A stretch of 63,310 bases of DNA, counting the filler, from Octopus bimaculoides (lineage: Eukaryota), in the NCBI RefSeq assembly GCF_001194135.2. It is 6 parts of 6 records of this genome, joined end to end, with 100 filler letters (N's around TTAATTAATTAA, not from the genome) between each part and the next. Parts side by side here need not be neighbours in the genome. Positions count along the whole stretch, not along the records: positions 1 to 8,892 come from NC_068981.1; positions 8,993 to 30,283 come from NC_069006.1; 4 more parts are not named here. One strand, 5' to 3'. Positions 1 to 11,944 of this stretch are shown here, in pieces. Position numbers and translations under genes: made by a program. The notes under the pieces are model-generated. The model worked only from the letters and a program-made list of their open reading frames with translations, made no database searches and was not told the DNA's origin. Numbering within the stretch: the stretch's first letter is position 1; every line of letters begins with the position of its first letter.

Positions 1-350
1 GGTTCCAGTTGATCCGATCAATGGAACAGCCTGCTCGTGAAATTAACGTGCAAGTGGCTGAGCACTCCACAGACACGTGTACCCTTAACGTAGCTCTCGG
101 GGATATTCAGCGTGACACAGTGTGACAAGGCTGGCCCTTTGAATTACAGGCACAACAGAAACAGCAAGTAAGAGTGAGAGAAAGTTGTGGTGAAAGACTA
201 CAGCAGGGTTCGCCACTATCCCCTGCCGGAGCCTCGTGGAGCTTTAGGTGTTTTCGCTCAATAAACACTCACAACGCCCGGTCTGGGAATCGAAACCGCG
301 ATCCTATGACCACGAATCCGCTGCCCTAACCACTAGGCCATTGCGCATCC
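1..350 (-). mobile_element. tRNA-derived SINE, family A (3' end cut by window edge)
   Basis: Minus strand starts GGATGCGCAATGGCCTAGTGG (Pol III A box) ... GGTTTCGATTCCC (B box); colinear with copies at 8993-9300 and 27051-27445. Confidence 0.9.
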
Positions 351-1076
351 ATCTCTTTCTTCATACATACATACATACATACATACATAAACACACACAC
401 ACACATATATATGCACAATATGCGCGCGCGCGCGAACGTGTATGTGTGTCCCGCAAAAATCTCAAATTTTATTTAATTTGCTTTGCGGGAAGGACTGTTT
501 TAACGAAGTCACGTCTTGTCCTTACCTTCGAAACTCGGAGTAGATAAAACAGGGGACAACTGATGAAGGGAGTGTTCTTTATATTGCCTGTATTGTTTCT
601 CAATTTGTTTCTTTAGTCGTTCGAAAAAAAAAATCGTTTTCTATGCTTTTGTGTTTTATGTTTTCGTTTCTACTTTTGTCTACGTTTTTTGATGTCCTGT
701 ACCCATATATGTATGTATATATACATATATATGTAGGTATGTACATATATGTATGTATNNNNNNNNNNNNNNNNNNNNNNNNNNNNNNNNNNNNNNNNNN
801 NNNNNNNNNNNNNNNNNNNNNNNNNNNNNNNNNNNNNNNNNNNNNNNNNNNNNNNNNNNNNNNNNNNNNNNNNNNNNNNNNNNNNNNNNNNNNNNNNNNN
901 NNNNNNNNNNNNNNNNNNNNNNNNNNNNNNNNNNNNNNNNNNNNNNNNNNNNNNNNNNNNNNNNNNNNNNNNNNNNNNNNNNNNNNNNNNNNNNNNNNNN
1001 NNNNNNNNNNNNNNNNNNNNNNNNNNNNNNNNNNNNNNNNNNNNNNNNNNNNNNATATATTTATATATTATGTTAT

Positions 1077-1107
<31 letters not shown>

Positions 1108-1442
1108 ATATCCCTTACTATATAAAATAGACTTGCTTGTTTTATTCGTTTTTCGTGCGAAAACGGCTGCACGAATTGCTTCTATACTTTGACCTCTAAT
1201 ACCTAACAGGATCATCAGTTTATTTTGTTACTAAAAATAAATAATATTGCTTTGTATTTATGATTCACTGCTTAAAAAATGTTTCTCAACGTCAACTTCC
1301 GGTATTGACGTAAAAACGGCGAAGTTTCGCACTTTTTATTTTAGTGCATTCATTTCAAGCTTGCTATTTGTTAACAACTACGATAAATTACTTAAAGAAA
1401 TATTTACTAAGTTCACAAAATTAAATATTCACTACAAAATAA

Positions 1443-2028
1443 GGATCTTTTTTAAAACGGGGGCCACATTTTTCATTAACGAAACACTTTGAAACTTGGA
1501 ACACTGGTAGAATGTGTCATATAAAACATCTTTTTCGCTTAGTCTTCTTAAAAAAAAAAGAAATCCATAAGTTATTCCATGTTAAAGTTGTCGTATTTCT
1601 GTAATTTCAACCAATCACTGACGTCCATTCAGCCGATATACATTAAGTGCCGACTACATAAACAAACGATTCTGAAACAATTAACCCTAACCCTAAACCT
1701 AACCCTAAACCTAACCCTAACCCTAGGGTTAGGGTTAAAGCAAATTTAAAATGAAAAAAGCAAATAAAACGAAGGTATGGAGATTAAATACACTTTACAT
1801 CGCTTAATCAGCCAAAGGAGTAAATGTAAACAACTGAATACTTGTCAGTGATTGGTTGAAATTATCGAAATAAGACAATTTTTTACATGAAATAAATTCG
1901 AATACAAAAATATTTTTCTGTTCTATAACACAAAATAGATAAGTATACGAAGTTTGAAAGTCTTTCGGTACCAAAAACACTACGTAAAACATTAATGAAA
2001 AATGTGGCCCCCGTTTTAAAATAGATCC
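1443..2028. mobile_element. Non-autonomous TIR element (MITE) with 8-bp TSD; Merlin-like termini
   Basis: 37-bp TIRs GGATCT(T/A)TTTTAAAACGGGGGCCACATTTTTCATTAA at 1443-1479 and 1992-2028 (1 mismatch); TSD CAAAATAA at 1435-1442 and 2029-2036. GG termini plus 8-bp TSD fit Merlin (inferred). Confidence 0.88.
1682..1737. repeat. Interstitial telomere-like repeats (CCCTAA)n/(TTAGGG)n inside the MITE
   Basis: TAACCC/TAAACC units followed by TAGGGTTAGGGTTA; perfect 26-bp palindrome at 1712-1737. Confidence 0.9.
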
Positions 2029-2528
2029 CAAAATAATTTTTAACGTGCTTTTATTTATAAGACTTTTTCATTTAGTGCTTATCTCATTCATTGTTTGCAA
2101 TGTTCTCTCCCTCTCTCTCTCTCTCTCTTTCACACATACACACACACACACACTTTCTCTCTCTCCAGGTTTGTTTTCGTTATTACACAAATATCACATG
2201 AACATTTTACAATTCAACATACGGCGTTCAAAAAATATGGGCATTCTTTCGCTTGAACTCGCACACTTCGTTAATTTCCGTAAAATTTTTTATTTATCTA
2301 CTTTTTGTTCGCCGTGTTCAGCTCTATGCATTTGTAGTCAGTCACACACGCACTCGTGTGTTTTCGTATGTACGTTTGCATACATTTATAGTGTGTATGT
2401 GAGAGAGAGAGAGCGTGAAGGAGTGTGTTGTCATGTATACGTACATACATAAATGCATACACATACATCTTTTTGCATGTATGTGTGCATGTGTGTGTGT
2501 GAGAGAGAGTGATGCTTAAGTGGGACCT

Positions 2529-2563
<35 letters not shown>

Positions 2564-2644
2564 TACATACGCACACATACAAAAAAGTTGTATGCTTATT
2601 TATTTATGTTTGAACGTATACATGGCATCATACCCCTCCATTCG

Positions 2645-2687
<43 letters not shown>

Positions 2688-2726
2688 GTCCATTTCATCT
2701 CATGTTTGATACTGTATGTATATGCA

Positions 2727-2759
<33 letters not shown>

Positions 2760-3369
2760 NNNNNNNNNNNNNNNNNNNNNNNNNNNNNNNNNNNNNNNNN
2801 NNNNNNNNNNNNNNNNNNNNNNNNNNNNNNNNNNNNNNNNNNNNNNNNNNNNNNNNNNNNNNNNNNNNNNNNNNNNNNNNNNNNNNNNNNNNNNNNNNNN
2901 NNNNNNNNNNNNNNNNNNNNNNNNNNNNNNNNNNNNNNNNNNNNNNNNNNNNNNNNNNNNNNNNNNNNNNNNNNNNNNNNNNNNNNNNNNNNNNNNNNNN
3001 NNNNNNNNNNNNNNNNNNNNNNNNNNNNNNNNNNNNNNNNNNNNNNNNNNNNNNNNNNNNNNNNNNNNNNNNNNNNNNNNNNNNNNNNNNNNNNNNNNNN
3101 NNNNNNNNNNNNNNNNNNNNNNNNNNNNNNNNNNNNNNNNNNNNNNNNNNNNNNNNNNNNNNNNNNNNNNNNNNNNNNNNNNNNNNNNNNNNNNNNNNNN
3201 NNNNNNNNNNNNNNNNNNNNNNNNNNNNNNNNNNNNNNNNNNNNNNNNNNNNNNNNNNNNNNNNNNNNNNNNNNNNNNNNNNNNNNNNNNNNNNNNNNNN
3301 NNNNNNNNNNNNNNNNNNNNNNNNNNNNNNNNNNNNNNNNNNNNNNNNNNNNNNNNNNNNNNNNNNNNN

Positions 3370-3673
3370 CAAATAAAACGAAGAAAAAAAAAAGAAAATG
3401 ATAAAAGCAAAATTAAAATGAAAAAAGCAAATAAAACGAAGCTATGGCTTAATCAGCCAAAGGAGTAAATGTAAACAACTGAATACTTGTCAGTGATTGG
3501 TTGAAATTATCGAAATAAGACAATTTTTTACATGAAATAAATTCGAATACAAAAATATTTTTCTGTTCTATAACACAAAATAGATAAATATACGAAGTTT
3601 GAAAGTCTTTCGGTACCAAAAACACTACGTAAAACATTAATGAAAAATGTGGCCCCCGTTTTAAAAAAGATCC
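3370..3673. mobile_element. Second copy (right half) of the 1443-2028 MITE; left part lost in gap
   Basis: Near-identical to about 1740-2028 apart from a short internal deletion; ends in the TIR ...GTGGCCCCCGTTTTAAAAAAGATCC. Confidence 0.9.
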
Positions 3674-4660
3674 AAGAATTGCAATTGCTGTAGCATTGCC
3701 TGGCTTTGCTGCCACCATTCTCCCTGGAGGACGGGCAGCTCATTCTGCTTTTAAATTATCACTAAACCTGGCCACAAATGAAAGTCCAATTTGTAACGTA
3801 AGCAAAGATTCAGGTTCAGAAGTGTTGTGCCAATGCCACCTTATCATTTGGGATGAATGCATTATGTCACATAGAGGTGCAACGGAAGCTCTTGATAAGA
3901 CCTTACAGGGCATTAGAGGCAACAATAAATAGATGGGTGGAATTACATTAGTTTTATCCATAGACTTCAGACAGAGATTACCAGTCATTCCGAGACGAAC
4001 AAGACGTGATAAAATGAAAGCAAGCATTAAGTCTTCACACCTATGAAATTAAACAGAATTTCTCCTTCAATACTAACGTGCAAGCTTTATTACATGGGGA
4101 CCAATGTGCAAAACCTGTCTCCTCCAATTAGGAAATGGGAAAGCACCATTTGATGGGAATGGTGATATCAGTTTGGCTCATAGTGCTATCATGGTGACTT
4201 CCCCAGCTGAATTGAAGAACAGAGTGTTTCCAGACTTAAGTAATAATTATAATTCACATAAATGGTTGTGTGAAAAGGCGATTCTTGTTCCAAAAAATGA
4301 GACAGTAGCAAGAATTAACAAATAAGATTCCAACAACCATTAAGGAGTACAAATCAGTTGATTCAGTCCTTGATGAAAATCAAGCTGTCCATTACGCAAC
4401 AGAGTTCTTTAATTCTCTCGAGCCGCCTGGAACTCCTCCACATAAACTTTTTCTGAAGGTAAGAATCCTAATAATCCTTCTAAGAAATTTAAATCCTCCT
4501 AAATTATGCAATGGGACAAGGTTGATTGTGAAGACATTATCACCTAATGTGATACAAGCTACCATCATCACTGGATGTGCCTCTTGGAAAGAAGTTTTCA
4601 TTCCAAGAATTTCTAATAATAACAACAGACATACCATTTGAGTCTAAATTAACACAATTC
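3674..4660 (+). mobile_element. Helitron PIF1-like helicase fragment (pseudogenised)
   Basis: Frames give LPGGRAAHSAFKL, LIIWDEC, DFRQRLPVI, LLQLGNG, AILVPKN, EFFNSLEPPGTPPHKLFLKV, LLRNLNPPKLCNGTRL, VFIPRI; stops and frameshifts present. Confidence 0.92.
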
Positions 4661-4697
4661 CCAGTGCTCCTGCCATCTTCGACCGCCAACAGGCGCA

Positions 4698-4850
4698 ATG
4701 ACTACCAAGATTAGGATCGGTCTTGAGACCGTTTATTGGGGAAGGTGATGTCGTAGGCTGGATAAAAAAGGTGGAACTCATTGTGGAGTTGCAGGGTTTC
4801 GAAGATGTGACTAACCTTATGCCACTTTACTTTGAGTTAAGTGCGTTTTA
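4698..4850 (+). mobile_element. LTR-retrotransposon gag N-terminal fragment
   Basis: Translation PFIGEGDVVGWIKKVELIVELQGFEDVTNLMPLYFE resembles Gypsy-type gag N-termini (recognised by eye). Confidence 0.55.
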
Positions 4851-4869
4851 GTGAGTAGTCCTTTCTGGT

Positions 4870-5702
4870 TAGAGGCTCGGATGGAGTGCACATGAGGATA
4901 CGACTGTTGAGTTTTGCTGGTTCCTGTGACCCGAAGTTTGGCCACATCATCCACATCATTCTGGGCATAACAAAACTTTCCACAAAATGAACGCAGATAA
5001 GGGATGACATTAACGGCGATTTTGGTTGGGTTTGCAGCAGGGGAGGCTGATTTCATGGCTCGTTTAGTCACCATAGATGAAACTTGGCTTCATCATTATA
5101 ATCTCCAGAACAAGCAACAATCAATGGAGTACAGCCACAGCGGTCCACGCGTCCCAACAAGTTTTGAGCCCAGAACTCAGCCGTAAAGGTTCTGGCTTCA
5201 GTGTTCTGAGACAAAGACGGAGTACTCATAAAATGCCTGCTAAAGAGTCGCACTATCAACGCAGAATACTCCATGTCTCTGTTGGATGAACTGCATGAAG
5301 CTTTGAAGCAGAAACACCGTGATCTCCTGTTGTTCAGGACAATGCAGTAGCACACACAGCACATGAATGTGTACGGAAAATACACACAACTTTGGTTCCG
5401 AATTGGTAGATCACCTACCTGACTCTCCTGATTTGGCCTCTCCCGACTATCATCTCTTCTCACAACTGAAGAAACATCGCAAGGAAACGAAATTTCTCTC
5501 CGATTCCGAAGCGCTCACTGCTACAGAGGTCTGATTGGAGGCCTAACCTTCCGAGGTCTTTTTACAAGGCTTTAGAAAGACTGAAGGACTTGCAATAAGT
5601 GTGCGAATCTGAGAGGGAAATATGTTGAATAGAAGCATAATCAACTGATCCTCCTGTATTTTCTTTTACCCACAGCCAAGAACTTTTTAGCACTCTCTTG
5701 TA
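4870..5702 (+). mobile_element. Mariner transposase relic, 5'-truncated
   Basis: LGITKLSTK*, LVTIDETWLHHY, DSPDLASPDYHLFSQLKKH, KCANLRGKYVE*; 3' end ...AACTTTTTAGCACTCTCTTG followed by TA. Confidence 0.9.
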
Positions 5703-5748
5703 TTTGCACCTTACGTCCACATAGATGCATGTACACACACACACACAC

Positions 5749-5805
<57 letters not shown>

Positions 5806-6838
5806 CACAAACACGCATTCGCATACACCCTCTCTGTCGACAATGAAAGTAGGTCGATTCACTAGATGCACTTCTTTCGCTTCCTCACACCGCATAAATG
5901 CACACAGAGATCCTAGTTGTGCAGCTTTTGTGACCATAGCCCTCTGCTCCTTCTCTCTAATCGCTTCCGCCAAGTGTACTGAATCACTAATTGGTAGGCA
6001 GAAAACCCTAATCTTGTTTTACTAGTTTGCATCATATCCCAAATCACTATCCACTTCGCATATGTAACGGCTTCGTCTATGGCATCTTCTTCCCCCCCCC
6101 TGCGCCCAGCGCAGTATCAACGGCGGCCACTATTTCTTTGAACGCCCAAATAGAGTTACAAACATCAATATGCACCCAGGTTAACACATGCATATAATAA
6201 AAAAAATCTATATTACACGCACATACACACGTATACAAAGACATAGATACAGACACATTACACACACATACAAGCACACATGTATGCATTGTTTTTCTTG
6301 ATGCTCATTCTTTAAATTTATATCTCTGACTGAAACTCACTCTCTTCACAAAATTTTGCGCTACTTAAGTTTTCTCGTAACTTAATTTCTCTAGTACAGT
6401 CCCATCTATACAATACTTAGTAAACGACTGTAGTCCAGATCTCCAATTTTTCTTCATGTTCTTAACCGATTTTATAATCTTATTTATTTTAATCTAAAAT
6501 AATAAAATTTTGCTTTTATTGTTACCGCTTTCACAATGGTTTTTTTATATCCTTGTTTTGTTTCTTATTTACTAAGATTATATCCTTTCTTTCAACCAAC
6601 CATGCTGGAGTACCATATGTATAAAATTTCACTCAAAATTACCAGAAGTATTCAGTGATTTTTAAGTACTTAGTCTTCTAACTTGATGCTGACTTTATAA
6701 ATCGGTCAACTTGTTTACTGTTAAGAATAAACAAACAGCAAAGGAGTTTTCCAAACAACGCCATTTATTTCATCTACTTGAAGTGCAAATATTTTCCCTC
6801 CTTGAAGCGGATATAGTTTTCCCACTCTCTGGCTATCC

Positions 6839-6949
<111 letters not shown>

Positions 6950-7589
6950 AAATGCACTCGTACTTATACAGATAACTGACAAGTGGATCACTTAATATCG
7001 ACTTAACCAAGTGAAATGCTAATCGGATAATAAAGCATAATTTTCACTATCCTTCTGACACCCGCATGCAAATTTTTGAAACACCGGTGTTTTATTTAGA
7101 TATTTTTGACACTGCACTACACTACGCCACAGGGAAATGTTAAGGGGTCAATTTGCCCTATGTAAAAGTGACAAGAAAGAAACTAAACTCTGAAATAGGC
7201 TTTGATGGTTTCGCTATAACTCTTATAAAAGCACTTTACAAAGGCCGACTTGGTTACTTTTCATCAGAAATCTCTCTAAAAAGAATTAAATGAAGTCTTA
7301 ATATTTTACAGACAAGAAAGAATAATTGGAACGCAGTATAGTCGCGAAAACAACAGAAAGATTAAATATTTTATCTCCTTATAAGACAGAAAAACAAAAG
7401 TTCCCAGTAGACAGCCACGGGACTCGAACCTCCGCACCCCGCAAATGCTCGTTGGCAGCAATCTACCTCAAATTAACATTTTGATTACAAAATGTTGTTG
7501 AAGTCAATATGTTTTATCTATAAAGGAGAATGTTAGAGAGAGACTATAACGTACTGGTCGGTCTTACTGGTCAGAGATTTTAAATATAA

Positions 7590-8235
7590 TTGATATATTC
7601 CTTAGAGATAATAAAAAGTATAATAATATTTTTTCTAGTAATAATTTGGGAGTAGGTTATTCTACAACTAATAATGTTAGTAACATTATTTCTTCTTTTA
7701 ATAGATTTAAGTTAAATAAGTATTACAAATATAAATTAAATACTTATTCTAATAATAATAATAAGGACCAGGATATAATTAATTGTACATGTAGAGATAA
7801 GACAAATGTAAATTTAATAATAAATGTGATTTGAAGGGTGTGGTGTATAAACGTATAGTGACTTTAATGGACTGGAATAGATCTAATGGTTATAATTTAA
7901 ATAGGTTTTACATAGGATTGACTTCGAATGAATTTAAATTACATATGGCTCAACACATGAATTTATTTAAGAATAGAAATTTGATTAATTCTACTAGCCT
8001 TAGTAAATATATTTGGGAACTAAAATCTAATAATATTAAGTACATTTTAAATTGGGAGATAGTTTGTAAGGCGAAATCTTATCCTATAGGTAGTAATTTT
8101 TGTAAGTTGCGTACTAAAAAATTTAAGGAGATATTATTATAGATATTAATAAAAGTAATACTTTGTTTAACTCCCTTGATGAACGGAAAATTAAATGTAG
8201 ACATAAATTAAATTATTTATATAATAAATTTAGCT
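7590..8235 (+). mobile_element. Penelope-like element fragment (GIY-YIG endonuclease)
   Basis: GVGYSTTNNVSNIISSFN, NCTCRDK, KGVVYK...FYIGLTSNEFK, STSLSKYIWELK, WEIV, FCKL: typical Penelope C-terminal region, degraded. Confidence 0.85.
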
Positions 8236-8270
8236 AACTGTGTATATATATAGATGAATATGTATATGTA

Positions 8271-8760
8271 TACTATATTGGCCAAACAGGAATATCACTC
8301 CGTAGAAGAACTACTCTCCACAAAGAACAAATCCGCCACCCACATTACAGACAGATACAGGTCAGTGGACACATAGAAAGGTGTGCGAGGAATCTTAATC
8401 CTAATTTCCTAATTTTTCCCTTCTATCAATGTTCACAGAACACATCTACACAACAAAGAATGAATAAAGAGGCAATTTTCATTAATAAATATCTTCCTCA
8501 ACTAAATATAAACACATAACATCATATAGAACACTACTAATCTTCCATTTAATATAACTAACCTCCATACATCCCATACACCATTCACACTACAAATCCA
8601 GATCTACCCTAATTGCACCAAATCCAGAACTACTTACCTCCCTTACACATAATCTTTTTACTAAGGGACTAATAGACTTGACACCGTTCAGAATTCGGTG
8701 TATACTCAAAGCAATGACTAGTGTTATTACGAAACCGGTATGCTTGTAAATCTCTTTAAT
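8271..8760 (+). mobile_element. Second, different Penelope-like GIY-YIG fragment plus 3' flank
   Basis: Frame from 8271 reads YYIGQTGISLRRRTTLHKEQIRHPHYRQIQVSGHIERC...FLIFPFY...RMNKEAIFINKYLPQLN (not in ORF track, no Met). Confidence 0.78.
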
Positions 8761-8992
8761 AACTCACAATAATGACTTTTATTACCTTTATTCCTACCTC
8801 AGTTCATCTAATTGTATATATATATATCGTTACTTTTCATAAAAAGCCTTACCTTCTTTTTGATTTTCAATGTGCATTTTCTCTTATTTTTCNNNNNNNN
8901 NNNNNNNNNNNNNNNNNNNNNNNNNNNNNNNNNNNNTTAATTAATTAANNNNNNNNNNNNNNNNNNNNNNNNNNNNNNNNNNNNNNNNNNNN

Positions 8993-9300
8993 TGAGTGTT
9001 TATTGAGCGAAAACACCTAAAAAAGCTCCACGAGGTTCCGGTAGGGGATGGTGGCGAACCCTGCTGTACTCTCTCACCACAACTTTCTCTCACTCTTACT
9101 TCCTGTTTCTGTTGTGCCTGTAATTCAAAGGGTCAGCCTTGTCACACTGTGTCATGCTGAATCTCCCTGAGAACTACGCTATGGGTACACGTGTCTGTGG
9201 AGTGCTCAGCCACTTGCACGTTAATTTCATGAGCAGGCTATTCTGTTGATCGGATCAATTGGAACCCTCGACGTCGTAAGCGACGGGGTGCCAACAACAA
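8993..9300 (+). mobile_element. SINE family A copy (head lost in gap)
   Basis: Colinear with the body of the 27051-27445 copy, ends GTGCCAACAACAA. Confidence 0.9.
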
Positions 9301-9319
9301 ATCTCATAGTCGCACTGAA

Positions 9320-9870
9320 TCATAAAATCCCATAAGATCTTTGCATTTTTATTTTCGATTGGGTTTGTGGTCGTACCAATTTTTTGCTCTGTCAAGTCCA
9401 TACTTGTTGCAAAGTGTCCAATGGACAAACCTGGCTATATTGTTGTGGCGTCTCTTATATTCCTTCTGGACTAGTGGCGTACATTGGCTGGTAATATGCC
9501 ATACAGTTTCGCCATTTTGTCCACACTTTCTGATGTGTTGTCTATCAAACATATTCAGCTTGTTACTTGCGATGTCATTAGTATCCCAGCAGTTCACTTC
9601 CTGAGAACAAAGATGGCACTTTCTTTCCAAATCTTCAGATCTTTGCACAGACTCCTTGCACTACCAAATAATATATCTTCTGAATATACACAATTCTCAT
9701 TTTTATTTCAATTTTTTTTTCCAACCACTTTTCACTTTTGTACAATGACACCAACAATTAAGGGCAGAATATGTACCTATTCCATTTTGACCACAGCTTC
9801 ATGATTTCTCTCCACACGTATCATACCAGTTTTTCTCTTCTGTTTTTTAACAATACTACTGTTTTCAGCC
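9320..9870 (-). mobile_element. R4/Dong-like non-LTR retrotransposon fragment (CCHC knuckle region)
   Basis: Minus frame RKCGQNGETVWHITSQCTPLVQKEYKRRHNNIARFVHWTLCNKYGL, matching the CxxC..ET..H...C / Y..RHN..A..VHW pattern of RLE-type LINEs. Confidence 0.85.
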
Positions 9871-9884
9871 AAGTCTGGCAAAGA

Positions 9885-10580
9885 CTATGGTCAGGCATGA
9901 ATATTCTTCTTTGTGAGGCACGACCTCCGAACATTGGGCCTCACCGAGGCGATGACTTCTGACCGAGACCTTCGGAAATATGCTGTGCCTGAGAAGACCC
10001 GGCAGGCCAAGTGAGACCTAAATCCAAGGCCTCTGCCAGGGGTGTAGCCAGCCCACTTATGCGTACCTTTTCTTCATCGGACACTAAACTCCGCTTGCGA
10101 AGACCTGTTGAGGCAAGTGAAATCGAAATCGAACTAAATTCGACGACTGGCACCCATGCCAATGTCGTCTCCTTCATTGGACACGAAATTCAGCTTGTGA
10201 AGACTTATTGGGGCAGGCGAAATCGGGATGGCACCTGTGCCCAGCGTTGCCTTTCTGGCACTTGTGCCCGCAGTATGTGTAAGGACTTTCGAGCGAGATC
10301 GTTGCCAGTGCCCCTGGACTGGCTCTTGTGCGAGTGGCACATAAAATACACCATTTTGAGCGTGGCCGTTGCCAGTATCGCCTGACTGGCCTTCGTGCGG
10401 GTGACACGTAAAAGCACCTACTACACTCTCTGAGTGGTTGGCGTTAGGAAGGGCATCCAGCTGTAGAAACTCTGCCAAATCAGATTGGAGCCTGGTGTAG
10501 CCTTCGGGCTCCACCAGTCCTCAGTCAAATCGTTCAACCCATGCTAGCATGGAAAGCGGACGTTAAACGATGATGATGAT
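9885..10580 (+). mobile_element. RTE-clade LINE 3' end (ORF2 C-terminus plus 3' UTR with (GAT)n tail)
   Basis: 9913-10014 VRHDLRTLGLTEAMTSDRDLRKYAVPEKTRQAK* fits the RTE DL..LGL...M..DR..W C-terminus; ends GGACGTTAAACGATGATGATGAT. Confidence 0.8.
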
Positions 10581-10619
10581 CTCTACCAATACATTATCAG
10601 TTTTCTGATGTTCAATTGG

Positions 10620-11340
10620 TCTATGAAGTCCCAAAGTACCTTTGCTGTTATTTTTTACCACATCCTTTGTTTCATGCTCTTTCCAATTTATCTTTGTGTA
10701 ATATGAATTTTTAGATTAATTTTATACAATAGTGGAGTCCCACATGTTTATGTAGCTTTAGAAAAAAATCTGGCTGTAAGATGACATGTGGTAACAGATA
10801 ACAGTATAGAAGCTTTTTAATGCACATTATGAGGTTATTACCCACTTTATATTGAATATATATATAATTTATATTCATTTAAAAGAAGAAAACAGAGATT
10901 GGGAAGTTCATAATTGTTTAATATTAACAGCAAATTAATTATCTTCACTTACAGCTATTTCAATTAATACCCAGTAAATATTGAATTTATATTTATATGA
11001 CCTGAGTATAATATTTTCAGAGGGAAAAAACAATATATCCTTCAACATTTTATATGTCTTTATGGATTCATTATAGCAGACAACCTCTAATTAAATTATA
11101 TATATTAATCAAAGTGTACGGTATTATATATCCATTATGGCTGATCTTACTAATTGGTTTCACACTAGGGATTCAACAGAGTGCAAGGTGACAGTTCGAT
11201 TATGTAACCCTGTGCTCTTCAGAGATGGCAGTTATGGAATGAAATATGGCAGTTCCTCTGTATTGTTGGTGAACAGACACATCTGGTTTATGGTTCTGTT
11301 GAGCCCTAGGCCCTAGGTTTCAACCAATTGGTAAGATCTG
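10620..11340 (-). mobile_element. Old Penelope-like remnant
   Basis: Minus frames give LYKINLKIHITQR*IGKSMKQRM (decayed GIY-YIG) and an upstream SHNGY motif; heavily degraded. Confidence 0.45.
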
Positions 11341-11437
11341 CCGTATTGGCTATATAATACTGTACACTTCATTTAATATTCCCCCTCTCCTGACAGATAA
11401 AGAAGTGCATTTTTCTGATTTATGGAGTCTTAGATGG

Positions 11438-11484
<47 letters not shown>

Positions 11485-11902
11485 TATANNNNNNNNNNNN
11501 NNNNNNNNNNNNNNNNNNNNNNNNNNNNNNNNNNNNNNNNNNNNNNNNNNNNNNNNNNNNNNNNNNNNNNNNNNNNNNNNNNNNNNNNNNNNNNNNNNNN
11601 NNNNNNNNNNNNNNNNNNNNNNNNNNNNNNNNNNNNNNNNNNNNNNNNNNNNNNNNNNNNNNNNNNNNNNNNNNNNNNNNNNNNNNNNNNNNNNNNNNNN
11701 NNNNNNNNNNNNNNNNNNNNNNNNNNNNNNNNNNNNNNNNNNNNNNNNNNNNNNNNNNNNNNNNNNNNNNNNNNNNNNNNNNNNNNNNNNNNNNNNNNNN
11801 NNNNNNNNNNNNNNNNNNNNNNNNNNNNNNNNNNNNNNNNNNNNNNNNNNNNNNNNNNNNNNNNNNNNNNNNNNNNNNNNNNNNNNNNNNNNNNNNNNNN
11901 NN

Positions 11903-11942
<40 letters not shown>

Positions 11943-11944
11943 GA

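Noticed and set aside
560-630. CTGATGA-A-GGG hammerhead core
   Set aside because: No convincing stem II partner, GAAA and cleavage triplet at suitable spacing.
1712-1737. Ancient chromosome end-to-end fusion site
   Set aside because: Orientation is CCCTAA then TTAGGG (a fusion gives the reverse), and the tract sits inside a TIR/TSD-bounded element.
8937-8948. TTAATTAATTAA islands inside N runs (also 30328-30339, 44125-44136, 56301-56312, 61473-61484)
   Set aside because: Identical 12-mer centred in 100-bp gaps, with stops in all six frames: an assembly spacer, not biology.
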